A stretch of 52,269 bases of DNA. It comes from a virus. The notes beneath the pieces were generated by a model, which worked only from the letters and a program-made list of their open reading frames with translations, did not search any database and was not told the origin of the DNA. The translations under genes and the position numbers were made by a program. The DNA is taken from positions 1 through 52,269 of IMG/VR virus record IMGVR_UViG_3300048076_000002; one strand, 5' to 3'. Each line of letters starts with the position of its first letter. Position 1 is the stretch's first letter. Below, one piece after another: positions 35,992 to 43,253 of this stretch.

Positions 35992-36366
35992 ATGAAATTG
36001 TCAACAGTTCAGAAACGGGCAAAAGCTTATTGCGATCTTATCAACCGATTTGGTAAGACAACAATCAATGTCGAATGGAAGAAATCTGCAATGTATGGTT
36101 TGAATCCTGTCATCAAGTCTAATGATGGCAAGTGTACGTCAGTCAGTGGATGTGGGTATGATAAACTCAGTCAGGCATTAGCTGATGTATTATGCTTTCT
36201 GATGCCTGTCGATTCTAATGCTTTCCAGGTTATTGCATCTACTGGCGGATGTGGTGTTAATGCTGTCGAGTCTAAGCTAGCCGAGTATGGCTATAAACTC
36301 TGTCGCACCGCTAGCGGAAAGACATTCGACGGATTCACTATTGGGCGTGTCATTGCGGCTGAATGA
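35992..36366 (+). CDS. hypothetical protein (124 aa)
   Basis: Start moved to ATG 35992 (MKLSTVQ...), preceded by AATTCTCAGTCAGGAG. Its stop TGA is the first triplet of a TGACAGTAATCA motif. Confidence 0.55.
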   Translation: MKLSTVQKRAKAYCDLINRFGKTTINVEWKKSAMYGLNPVIKSNDGKCTSVSGCGYDKLSQALADVLCFLMPVDSNAFQVIASTGGCGVNAVESKLAEYGYKLCRTASGKTFDGFTIGRVIAAE

Positions 36367-36375
36367 CAGTAATCA
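36364..36375 (+). repeat. TGACAGTAATCA motif copy
   Basis: Its initial TGA is the stop codon of 35992..36366. It is followed by the hairpin TCAGGC-aacgta-GCCTGA and a partial second copy, TGACAGTG. Confidence 0.9.
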
Positions 36376-36432
36376 GGCAACGTAGCCTGATGACAGTGTT
36401 CCAATTCTCGTTACTTTGCAGGGATTAAGACA

Positions 36433-36636
36433 ATGACAATCGATGAACAGAGGCAACTTGATAATATCGCCGATAAACTGCGGACATTAGATTCGACGGC
36501 AGACTTGTCACCAAAGGACAGGGCTGACTTCGATCGTCTCACCACATTATGGGACGAAGAACAACATGCGTCCTATGTATCGTCGCAAATGGCACAATTC
36601 GACGACTCGCCATCAGTTTACGATGGTGCTTGGTGA
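36433..36636 (+). CDS. small strongly acidic protein (67 aa)
   Basis: By my count, 15 D/E against 6 K/R. Confidence 0.5.
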   Translation: MTIDEQRQLDNIADKLRTLDSTADLSPKDRADFDRLTTLWDEEQHASYVSSQMAQFDDSPSVYDGAW

Positions 36637-36674
36637 TGATGTTACAATTCTCATTAAACTTGGAGTAACGCATC

Positions 36675-36935
36675 ATGACAATGAAAAAATACTATGTAAT
36701 TCGACGCGGATGGAACGAGGCAAACCAATCGGCCAGAAACTCAGCGAGAAACCCACGTAATCAATTTGAATCGCGTGAATTGCAACTTGTGGCAATTATT
36801 GAAGCAACTTCAGAAGAATCTGCCGTCTGCCTGGCAAACGTGATCGCGTACCCTGGGCAAGTAGTTTTCACCGAGACAAATCCGCGAGCAATCAAAGGTC
36901 TGACTCAGGCAATTCGTAATTTCATGGCTGAATGA
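36675..36935 (+). CDS. hypothetical protein (86 aa)
   Basis: Its stop TGA is the first triplet of a TGACAGTAATCA motif. Confidence 0.55.
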   Translation: MTMKKYYVIRRGWNEANQSARNSARNPRNQFESRELQLVAIIEATSEESAVCLANVIAYPGQVVFTETNPRAIKGLTQAIRNFMAE

Positions 36936-36944
36936 CAGTAATCA
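36933..36944 (+). repeat. TGACAGTAATCA motif copy
   Basis: Its initial TGA is the stop codon of 36675..36935. Confidence 0.9.
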
Positions 36945-36998
36945 GGCATCGTGGGGCGATACCTTTGAAGCCTGGGAAAGAAAGCATGGTGAGCAATC

Positions 36999-37382
36999 AT
37001 GATTACAGAATCTTTGATCGACAAACAATTAACCTGCCACATCACCGGCAAGCAATTCGTCGGTGAATCACAAGGATGCACAGTGAACTATGCCAGCGAT
37101 GCACAGGGAAATATCTACTCCGATGAGGGAGTGGATATTGCAGAGCGTGAACAATTGAAGGATCGCAGCAAACCGTTCTGCTGTTATCTCAACTCAGATT
37201 GTTCAAAGGTGACAGGATGGAAAGGTAACATCCTGGGAATGGTCATCAGTCGCGGTATCACTCCCAGGCGACGGAATTATCCAGCGATGACCAGTGTACA
37301 CGTCAGGGATTGCCACGGTGGATTGTGGTATGGCCGTGGACAAGGCGGAAGTGTGTATATTACACTCCGTCCGTTGAAGTAG
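36999..37382 (+). CDS. hypothetical protein (127 aa)
   Basis: GGTGAG lies upstream of the ATG. Confidence 0.55.
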   Translation: MITESLIDKQLTCHITGKQFVGESQGCTVNYASDAQGNIYSDEGVDIAEREQLKDRSKPFCCYLNSDCSKVTGWKGNILGMVISRGITPRRRNYPAMTSVHVRDCHGGLWYGRGQGGSVYITLRPLK

Positions 37383-37421
37383 TGTCTCGTTTCAATTCAA
37401 ACTCTCAAAGGAAATTCAACC

Positions 37422-37691
37422 ATGACAAGATCAATTGCATATCGCGGTCAATCGGGACTGCACTATAGTTTGGACTTGGCAGTCTATCATTATGAATCAG
37501 GATTTCATCATAACTGGAAATCGGTTCCACCATACAAGCCGATCAATCAGGCCAGTGAAATTGGTATCGGCTACATCAACGGTCAGTGTGTATTCGCTAC
37601 ATCAGGCAAGGCGAATTTGTTTGCCAGTGAATCAGAGATTCGACAGTACACTGGCCAGGCTACTTCTCAGGGTACGGGAGCACAATCATGA
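37422..37691 (+). CDS. hypothetical protein (89 aa)
   Basis: AAAGGAAA lies upstream of the ATG. Confidence 0.5.
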   Translation: MTRSIAYRGQSGLHYSLDLAVYHYESGFHHNWKSVPPYKPINQASEIGIGYINGQCVFATSGKANLFASESEIRQYTGQATSQGTGAQS

Positions 37692-37849
37692 AACTACTGC
37701 GAATCCGTATGAATTCAATCGATTGCGACTTGTACTTGTCCCGATCCGGCAAATGGGTTGAGTACAAACACGCTGCAAAATTTTCCAGTGTAACGGCATT
37801 GGAGAAATTCGCAGCAAAGCATAGCGTTTCAGTTTATGGTATCTTCTGA
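37688..37849 (+). CDS. possible small protein (53 aa, below ORF-track cutoff)
   Basis: ATGA overlap with the previous stop. Sequence MKLLRIRMNSIDCDLYLSRSGKWVEYKHAAKFSSVTALEKFAAKHSVSVYGIF. Its stop TGA begins TGACAGTCAC. Confidence 0.4.
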   Translation: MKLLRIRMNSIDCDLYLSRSGKWVEYKHAAKFSSVTALEKFAAKHSVSVYGIF

Positions 37850-37886
37850 CAGTCACACAACAATTCTGAGATAAGGAATAACACCA

Positions 37887-38087
37887 ATGCACATCCATTC
37901 ATTCTCGCTTGTCATCGACAATTTTGATAATGCTGCTATGGCCGATAATCCATCCAGCGAAGTTATCCGAATTCTGACAGAACTAATTACACAGATTACA
38001 GAATACGGTATCCCGAATGCCGACGGGAAGAGATTGAAGGACACCAACGGAAATACTGTAGGCAGTGTGCTTGTCGATTTTGACTAA
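37887..38087 (+). CDS. small acidic protein (66 aa)
   Basis: About 10 D/E against 4 K/R. Followed by a terminator hairpin. Confidence 0.5.
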   Translation: MHIHSFSLVIDNFDNAAMADNPSSEVIRILTELITQITEYGIPNADGKRLKDTNGNTVGSVLVDFD

Positions 38088-38181
38088 CGGTAAACCGTCC
38101 GGGATATTACATAACTGACAGTCTATAGACTCTCAGCCGTTCTGATACGCGACAGTATCAAAGCTGATATCCCGAACGGTT

Positions 38182-38200
38182 TCCCGTTACGGGATTTTTT
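38182..38200 (+). terminator. rho-independent terminator after 37887..38087
   Basis: TCCCG-tta-CGGGA hairpin followed by TTTTTT. Confidence 0.55.
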
Positions 38201-38222
38201 ACGTCCACAGGTTACGTAATCG

Positions 38223-38374
38223 AATGAGAGACTCAGGGCGGTCAATGCTCATTGAGTGAGTCAGTGAGAGACTCAGAGAGTTAGTCAGGCAGTGACTCAG
38301 GGAATCAGTCAGGCAGAATCAGAAATCAGTGAGTCAACCGGATAGTTGCTAAAATTCTCGGAATCAGAAATCAG
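38223..38374. repeat. cluster of short direct repeats (iteron-like)
   Basis: TGAGAGACTCAG occurs twice (38225, 38265), AGTCAGGCAG twice (38283, 38307) and GAATCAGAAATCAG twice (38316, 38361). Confidence 0.8.
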
Positions 38375-38795
38375 CATCAGAATCGCGATACTGAACACAA
38401 GTACAGTGAAAATTGACCATGCTTGCAAATACGTCAGGATTGGCCTAGAATCGATTGTTTTGAAAAACGGCTAGGGTCCCTCGTATTTTCCGGAACAATC
38501 GATTTTAGGTGTACCCTGAGTGACGTAGTGAAGTATTTTGATGAACTCATCCGGTGAGTTGTCAGCGTAGGCTATCGGCAGTCTGTCGGCAGCGCTTTTG
38601 CCCTATTCATAGGCCAGTTTATACAGGTGAACAAATGTCACTGCTGCTGATCTGCCGTACACTATGAACGATACGACGGACAAACGAACACCAGTTGGGG
38701 TGTCTGAACACCATCACAGAATCTGACGAAGAACGAGCAGCAAGAGAACTTCTGAAGTAGAAGTACATTGAAAGTGAGGTGTCAGTGTGAGTGCA

Positions 38796-38807
38796 TGACA
38801 GTAATCA
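38796..38807 (+). repeat. TGACAGTAATCA motif copy
   Basis: Lies in the 870-nt non-coding region. Confidence 0.9.
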
Positions 38808-38958
38808 GGATGGTGGGCAAATCAGAAACTGCTCGACTCCCCCCATAGGATTTTTTGGGAGTAAAATGGATCGACACAGCAATCAGGATCGGGTAGACTG
38901 GAAGTCAGTCAGGTGTAATTCAGGCTTTCACTATTTACTTACAGGAAAGGTGTGACCG

Positions 38959-39645
38959 ATGACCAAGTTATGTTTAACTCTCGATGACTTTGCAACACGA
39001 GTGCTGGCTGAAAGTATCAAGCAATTACGAAAGTCAGGTCCGATCAATACTAAGAAGACGTGCCTGTGGTGCCGTGATCATATGGACCCGAAAGGCTGCT
39101 GTAATCTGCCGGAATACCCTACTCCATTTCAGGTGCATACACTGCCGGACGGTGCGACTGAGTACAGCGATCAGAAGCTTCAGCCATTCGCGATCAAGCC
39201 TAAGCAGGTATTCGTAATTGAAGAGATTGACAGACACTCACGGGTAGCACTCGGTCTGGAGTTGTCTCTCAATTTGATGAAGATGGATGACGAGCACGAT
39301 CTGCCTTACAGGATCATCGAGCACCTAAAAGTAGTCGCTCAGGCAGTCTGTGCTGCGGGTAATGGGTATACCCATTTAGTACCGTGGCGAATCTGGAATT
39401 GTGCATCAGATAGTGAGTGTGTCGGAATCGATGAGGTCAACACCGAGCAGCTATGCACTGTTAAGAATGTGCCATACATCGCTACTGTACTGTCAAAAGT
39501 TCATCGCCACGATGAGATTAAGCTGCCGGGTACACCACCAGGCTACAGATCGACTGAGAGTTATCTGCTGATTGTGCCAGCCGTATTCATTGTTTCCGCC
39601 ATTGCTCATAAGCTGCTGGTCCCGACATATATACAAGCCGAGTAA
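38959..39645 (+). CDS. hypothetical protein with C-terminal TM segment
   Basis: 228 aa with YLLIVPAVFIVSAIAHKLLV near the C-terminus. Followed by a bidirectional terminator. Confidence 0.55.
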   Translation: MTKLCLTLDDFATRVLAESIKQLRKSGPINTKKTCLWCRDHMDPKGCCNLPEYPTPFQVHTLPDGATEYSDQKLQPFAIKPKQVFVIEEIDRHSRVALGLELSLNLMKMDDEHDLPYRIIEHLKVVAQAVCAAGNGYTHLVPWRIWNCASDSECVGIDEVNTEQLCTVKNVPYIATVLSKVHRHDEIKLPGTPPGYRSTESYLLIVPAVFIVSAIAHKLLVPTYIQAE

Positions 39646-39668
39646 TGGATGAGTGCAGCCGAATAACG

Positions 39669-39706
39669 AAGAAACCCAGTTAAGCATAATAACTTAACTG
39701 GGTTTC
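39669..39706. terminator. bidirectional terminator between convergent units
   Basis: A perfect 15-bp stem (AGAAACCCAGTTAAG / CTTAACTGGGTTTCT) with an 8-nt loop. It is flanked by A-rich sequence on the left and T-rich sequence on the right. Confidence 0.75.
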
Positions 39707-39847
39707 TTTTACTTCTTTCGGCACGGCATCATTGATCGTCCGACGTGAACAGGACGTACGCTACAATTGCAATTAACGCCCCAACGTCACATATCCAATT
39801 CCAGATGCTTTTCATGCTATGCCTCAATTCACCAAAGACTCAACGTG

Positions 39848-40249
39848 TCACCTACCACGGCATCCACGTCTCACGTGCTTACCGGCGTGCTTATGGCGGT
39901 GCGAACCACCGCAGTACCGTGAGCGTGAACTCACTTCACTGAAGGATCTATACCTCGAATGCAGCACTGTAGAACTCTGTGAGTAATGAGTCAAAGGTGC
40001 TTGCTGCTTTTCCTTTGTTCTCATCAGAGGACACAGTCCATTAGGGCACTCGTCTGCCGGTGAGCAACTCGATTGCGTTTGATCAGCAGTCGCCTCATCC
40101 AAAGCATCCTGTAGTGACTTAGCAGGTGTTTGAGCGACGATAGGTGCATCCTCGTAGGATTGCAGGATTACACCGGGGTCATCTGTTACACCAGCCATCG
40201 TCGTCGCACATCCAGCCACGAATAGCAACAGTACACAAAACCACTTCAT
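39848..40249 (-). CDS. lipoprotein (o-spanin-like candidate)
   Basis: The N-terminus MKWFCVLLLFVAGCATT carries the lipobox VAGC. Last gene of the minus-strand unit. Confidence 0.5.
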   Translation of the reverse strand: MKWFCVLLLFVAGCATTMAGVTDDPGVILQSYEDAPIVAQTPAKSLQDALDEATADQTQSSCSPADECPNGLCPLMRTKEKQQAPLTHYSQSSTVLHSRYRSFSEVSSRSRYCGGSHRHKHAGKHVRRGCRGR

Positions 40250-40647
40250 TTTGATTTCCTTGACTTACGGGAACGGAAACTGTTGGACGATGGACATACA
40301 CCGCCCGGACACGAACTACTCACATTAAATGAAACCGATTTTGATATCGGCTTTGATCTGTTGTGCAGTGAATCATGGAGATTCAGTAGCTGTTGAAATG
40401 ATAAGTCTTTTAGAGACTCACTGGTCTGACCGTGGTCGTTGATCAGGTGATTTCTTGTCTCGGCTTCTGTCGGGGACCAATCACCTTTTATATTCCAAGA
40501 TATATGGACGGATGAAGTCGTTGTCTTTTTAGACGGAACAACTATCGGCTTTACTGGCTCGACGGCATATCGTCCTGTCGGTTTGAAAATGTCTTGTCCG
40601 AATGCAGACGAACATAGCAGTAGCAAAGCAAACAGAGTACGCATCAC
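40246..40647 (-). CDS. secreted protein (signal peptide)
   Basis: The N-terminus MMRTLFALLLLCSSAFGQ looks like a signal peptide. 4-nt overlaps on both sides. Confidence 0.5.
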   Translation of the reverse strand: MMRTLFALLLLCSSAFGQDIFKPTGRYAVEPVKPIVVPSKKTTTSSVHISWNIKGDWSPTEAETRNHLINDHGQTSESLKDLSFQQLLNLHDSLHNRSKPISKSVSFNVSSSCPGGVCPSSNSFRSRKSRKSK

Positions 40648-41456
40648 TCACCGCCTTCCTCAGTGCTTCCAATCAGATAAAACGTATGATTCTTAAACGT
40701 CCCGGCAAATGAGTCTTCGTGTAAGTATGCACGACCCTCAGCCCCATACTCAATACCCCAGGAATTCTGCATATCGAAGACTTCTCTGTTGCCAACGATA
40801 CACAGGTCATCGCAGTGTACTGCATGGTTTCCCGGTCCATAATCAATGCCTGCGATTCCGCTTTTGCTAATCCGCTGGAAATTGTTACCGGCATGGACCG
40901 CAACGATCGCAATGAAGCCTTTGCATAGTCCAGTCTTCAGACCGTCGATTGTTTCAGCAGCATAGCAGACGATACCCTTATGCAGGGCTGCATTCTCACG
41001 GGCACCTGACTTCCAGAGTGAAGGATAGATATCGTCCCAGTCGGCATACTGTTCTTCTGCAATGCCGACCAATTCCAGATTCTTCAGCCCGTCCTGTAAC
41101 TGGCTTCCCTGGTCTCGCCCGCCATTCATCAACCCGTAGGCAAATGCCCCGCTAAAGAGCTTGCCATCCATAATTCCGCGACGATAGCGGGCTTTACTAT
41201 AGCCGCCAGCCTCAGCGTAGCCGTTGCACGATCCTTTGGTTCGCTGATTCTGAACCCACTTCGGGCCGAATGTTTTACGTGCCGGAATCCTGCCTGGATC
41301 GGTAAGCACCTTTCGCCGTGTTGCCGCGTTCCAAATGTCTATTCCGCTCGCTTCGATAGACGGGAATGCACACACGAACCCATCAGGCAGTATTAGTGAT
41401 CCACAACGACGCTCGTTACCGTGTATGTCGTAGAACGGTTCAAGTTCCTTAACCAT
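40644..41456 (-). CDS. papain-like (C1 family) cysteine peptidase
   Basis: QNQRTKGSC has a Gln 6 residues before the catalytic Cys. GPGNHAVHC supplies the His and MQNSWG the Asn-Ser-Trp-Gly block. No signal peptide. Confidence 0.7.
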   Translation of the reverse strand: MVKELEPFYDIHGNERRCGSLILPDGFVCAFPSIEASGIDIWNAATRRKVLTDPGRIPARKTFGPKWVQNQRTKGSCNGYAEAGGYSKARYRRGIMDGKLFSGAFAYGLMNGGRDQGSQLQDGLKNLELVGIAEEQYADWDDIYPSLWKSGARENAALHKGIVCYAAETIDGLKTGLCKGFIAIVAVHAGNNFQRISKSGIAGIDYGPGNHAVHCDDLCIVGNREVFDMQNSWGIEYGAEGRAYLHEDSFAGTFKNHTFYLIGSTEEGGE

Positions 41457-42213
41457 CTGTTAATCCTCCAATCAGTTTCTTAAGATCACCAATCGTCGCC
41501 GGGATTGGACCTTTATGAAGTACAATCCGAGTCGTCTTGTCGCGAATAACGATTGCTGGAACCTTAATTGGTCCGAGTTCCGCGATTGCTTCCTTGCCTT
41601 TTGCTTCACCAGTCGTCCGGTCGTACAGCCGCCAATCATTCCCAGCGTCAACGAACTCAGTCCAGCCGACAAGAGCGTTCAGTAATACTGCTGTTTCCGG
41701 GCTTCGCTGCATAGTGTCCTCAACGATCGCCACGGAAACCGTTTCCGCCTTCGGTTGAGGATTCGGATTTGGATCAGGTTCCGGGTCAGGTGGTGGACGT
41801 GGACCGCCGACAATCAGCGTTCGTCTGACGATCTCGTCTGCGGTTTCACACACAGTCGGAATGAGAAGCAATTCTGTCGCACCAGGCTTTCCTGCCATGA
41901 CAGTCCATATAAACGGCTGATCGTACTGCCGTGGCTCGTAATCACCGTCACTGTCAGCATACTTCGCTGCCATTGCAAACGGTGATTTCCACTGCTTGAT
42001 CTTCAAAACCCCACCGTCCGGCACCTGAAGAATGATCAGCGGCTTCGTACTTGTGATCATCAACAAACAGTCCCGTGGAACCCCATTCGTACCTTCTGGA
42101 AGGTGAATAACCACCTTCAATGCAGGATCTGGTGACGGCGGAACAGGTTCATCGGCTACCGACATAGAGCAGCAGCCACTGATACAAAGAGCGAGTAGGA
42201 GTAGTCTGTTCAT
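41449..42213 (-). CDS. lipoprotein with Pro-rich linker and thioredoxin-fold-like C-terminal domain
   Basis: MNRLLLLALCISGCCS carries the lipobox ISGC. Also contains PPPDPEPDPNPNPQPK, and the C-terminus ...IKVPAIVIRDKTTRIVLHKGPIP... The fold assignment is tentative. Confidence 0.5.
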   Translation of the reverse strand: MNRLLLLALCISGCCSMSVADEPVPPSPDPALKVVIHLPEGTNGVPRDCLLMITSTKPLIILQVPDGGVLKIKQWKSPFAMAAKYADSDGDYEPRQYDQPFIWTVMAGKPGATELLLIPTVCETADEIVRRTLIVGGPRPPPDPEPDPNPNPQPKAETVSVAIVEDTMQRSPETAVLLNALVGWTEFVDAGNDWRLYDRTTGEAKGKEAIAELGPIKVPAIVIRDKTTRIVLHKGPIPATIGDLKKLIGGLTDG

Positions 42214-42581
42214 TCGTCACCTTCCGTTTCATGAAAAGCTGACGCCAAAGCCATGATAGACATAACAGTTTCTGGAGCAGCATCCACTACGTCGCATAGG
42301 TTATCAATCGCTGCGGCTCGAATTTGTTCGCGGGACATTTTTGGAATCTTTGCCTTTCGATTTCTTTTCTTTGCTTCCCGCCTAGCAATCTTGTCCGCCT
42401 TAGCAACGCTGACCATTACTTTGCGAACAAGCGTTTCGTCGAACGTCCTAGAATCGAAGTTGAATTTGCTCGTGACGTACTCCTGTGGCGTCTGATCTTT
42501 GACTTCCGCTGGAGAACAGTTCTGAAACAGTTTCGCCAACAACATTTGTATTATTGGTCCGATGTTTACTTCCCACCCCAT
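42210..42581 (-). CDS. hypothetical protein (123 aa)
   Basis: GGAG lies upstream. 4-nt overlap with the next gene. Confidence 0.5.
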   Translation of the reverse strand: MGWEVNIGPIIQMLLAKLFQNCSPAEVKDQTPQEYVTSKFNFDSRTFDETLVRKVMVSVAKADKIARREAKKRNRKAKIPKMSREQIRAAAIDNLCDVVDAAPETVMSIMALASAFHETEGDE

Positions 42582-42681
42582 GTTAAACTCCTGCTCACAA
42601 AATAGAACTATCGACTAAACCACCAGAGACCAGTTCTCCAGCGTTAACACACGACGAAATTTCTGAGGATGAAGTATACAC

Positions 42682-42906
42682 CTAATCGTCATCCTCATTA
42701 TACTCCAATTCTTTTTCTTCTGCAAGCCACAGCGGTATTTTAATGTCGCCGCTTTCTCCATCCTTATCCACCGAGCCTTCTCGAAGCTGACTCCAGGGAA
42801 TCCAGAATTCATCGCCGTCAAGTTCGTAACATCCGGCTTTTCTCGTAGACCTAACTAAAGTTACATCTGCGATGACTACGGTCCTTGATCTTGATGAATT
42901 AGCCAT
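42682..42906 (-). CDS. hypothetical protein (74 aa)
   Basis: Start context TCAGGTGACTTATG. Confidence 0.55.
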   Translation of the reverse strand: MANSSRSRTVVIADVTLVRSTRKAGCYELDGDEFWIPWSQLREGSVDKDGESGDIKIPLWLAEEKELEYNEDDD

Positions 42907-42941
42907 AAGTCACCTGAGTACTTAATGAAAGTAATAGAAAG

Positions 42942-43253
42942 TTAGTTCGTTCCGCGTTCTCGTCTTGATTTTTCTAAATGGCAACTGATACACAGTGTTT
43001 GTGAATTCTCCAATGTGTCTTCACCGCCAGACGATAGCGGAATGATATGATCTCTCTCAAGTGCTGACTCTGGATACACCTGACCACACAGAACGTTCTG
43101 GCATGTGAAGTTGTCACGGATGAAAACTTGTAGCCGTTCCTTAGTTCTGCCTTTTCGTCGAAATAGGGACGGCGTTCCTTGCGACTCCGGCACTGTTGAC
43201 TGTCGCGGCTGCTTTGTGATCTTGACTGTTGGGTACTTGAACATGTTTTTCAA
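42942..43253 (-). CDS. HNH endonuclease
   Basis: CQNVLCGQ...ALERDHIIPLSSGGEDTLENSQTLCISCHLEKS. Confidence 0.8.
   Translation of the reverse strand: MKNMFKYPTVKITKQPRQSTVPESQGTPSLFRRKGRTKERLQVFIRDNFTCQNVLCGQVYPESALERDHIIPLSSGGEDTLENSQTLCISCHLEKSRRERGTN

Noticed and set aside
36364-36400. TGACAGTAAT copies acting as plus-strand sigma70 -35 boxes ((A/G)TGACA).
   Set aside because: No TAnnnT hexamer lies at 16-19 bp downstream in the copies I checked (6876, 23999, 36364). Most such promoters would also fire antisense into the minus-strand genes.
38088-38200. Possible tRNA or CRISPR-like structure among the hairpins and repeats of the non-coding regions.
   Set aside because: There is no cloverleaf with a T-loop GTTCRANYC-type sequence or matching acceptor stem. 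The repeats are short, irregularly spaced and lack unique spacers of uniform length, so I made no tRNA or CRISPR call anywhere in the window.
42615-42821. 68-aa minus-strand ORF overlapping 42682..42906.
   Set aside because: It is out of frame with a gene that has the conserved TCAGGTGACTTATG start. It also covers the leader motif at 42660.
42942-43253. The 113-nt overlap between the helicase 3' end and the HNH gene as a sign of a frameshifted pseudogene.
   Set aside because: Both ORFs are intact with complete motifs: the HNH core is present and the helicase has a C-terminal wHTH. The overlap may instead reflect an HNH insertion or an incorrect HNH start, and I have no evidence for disruption.
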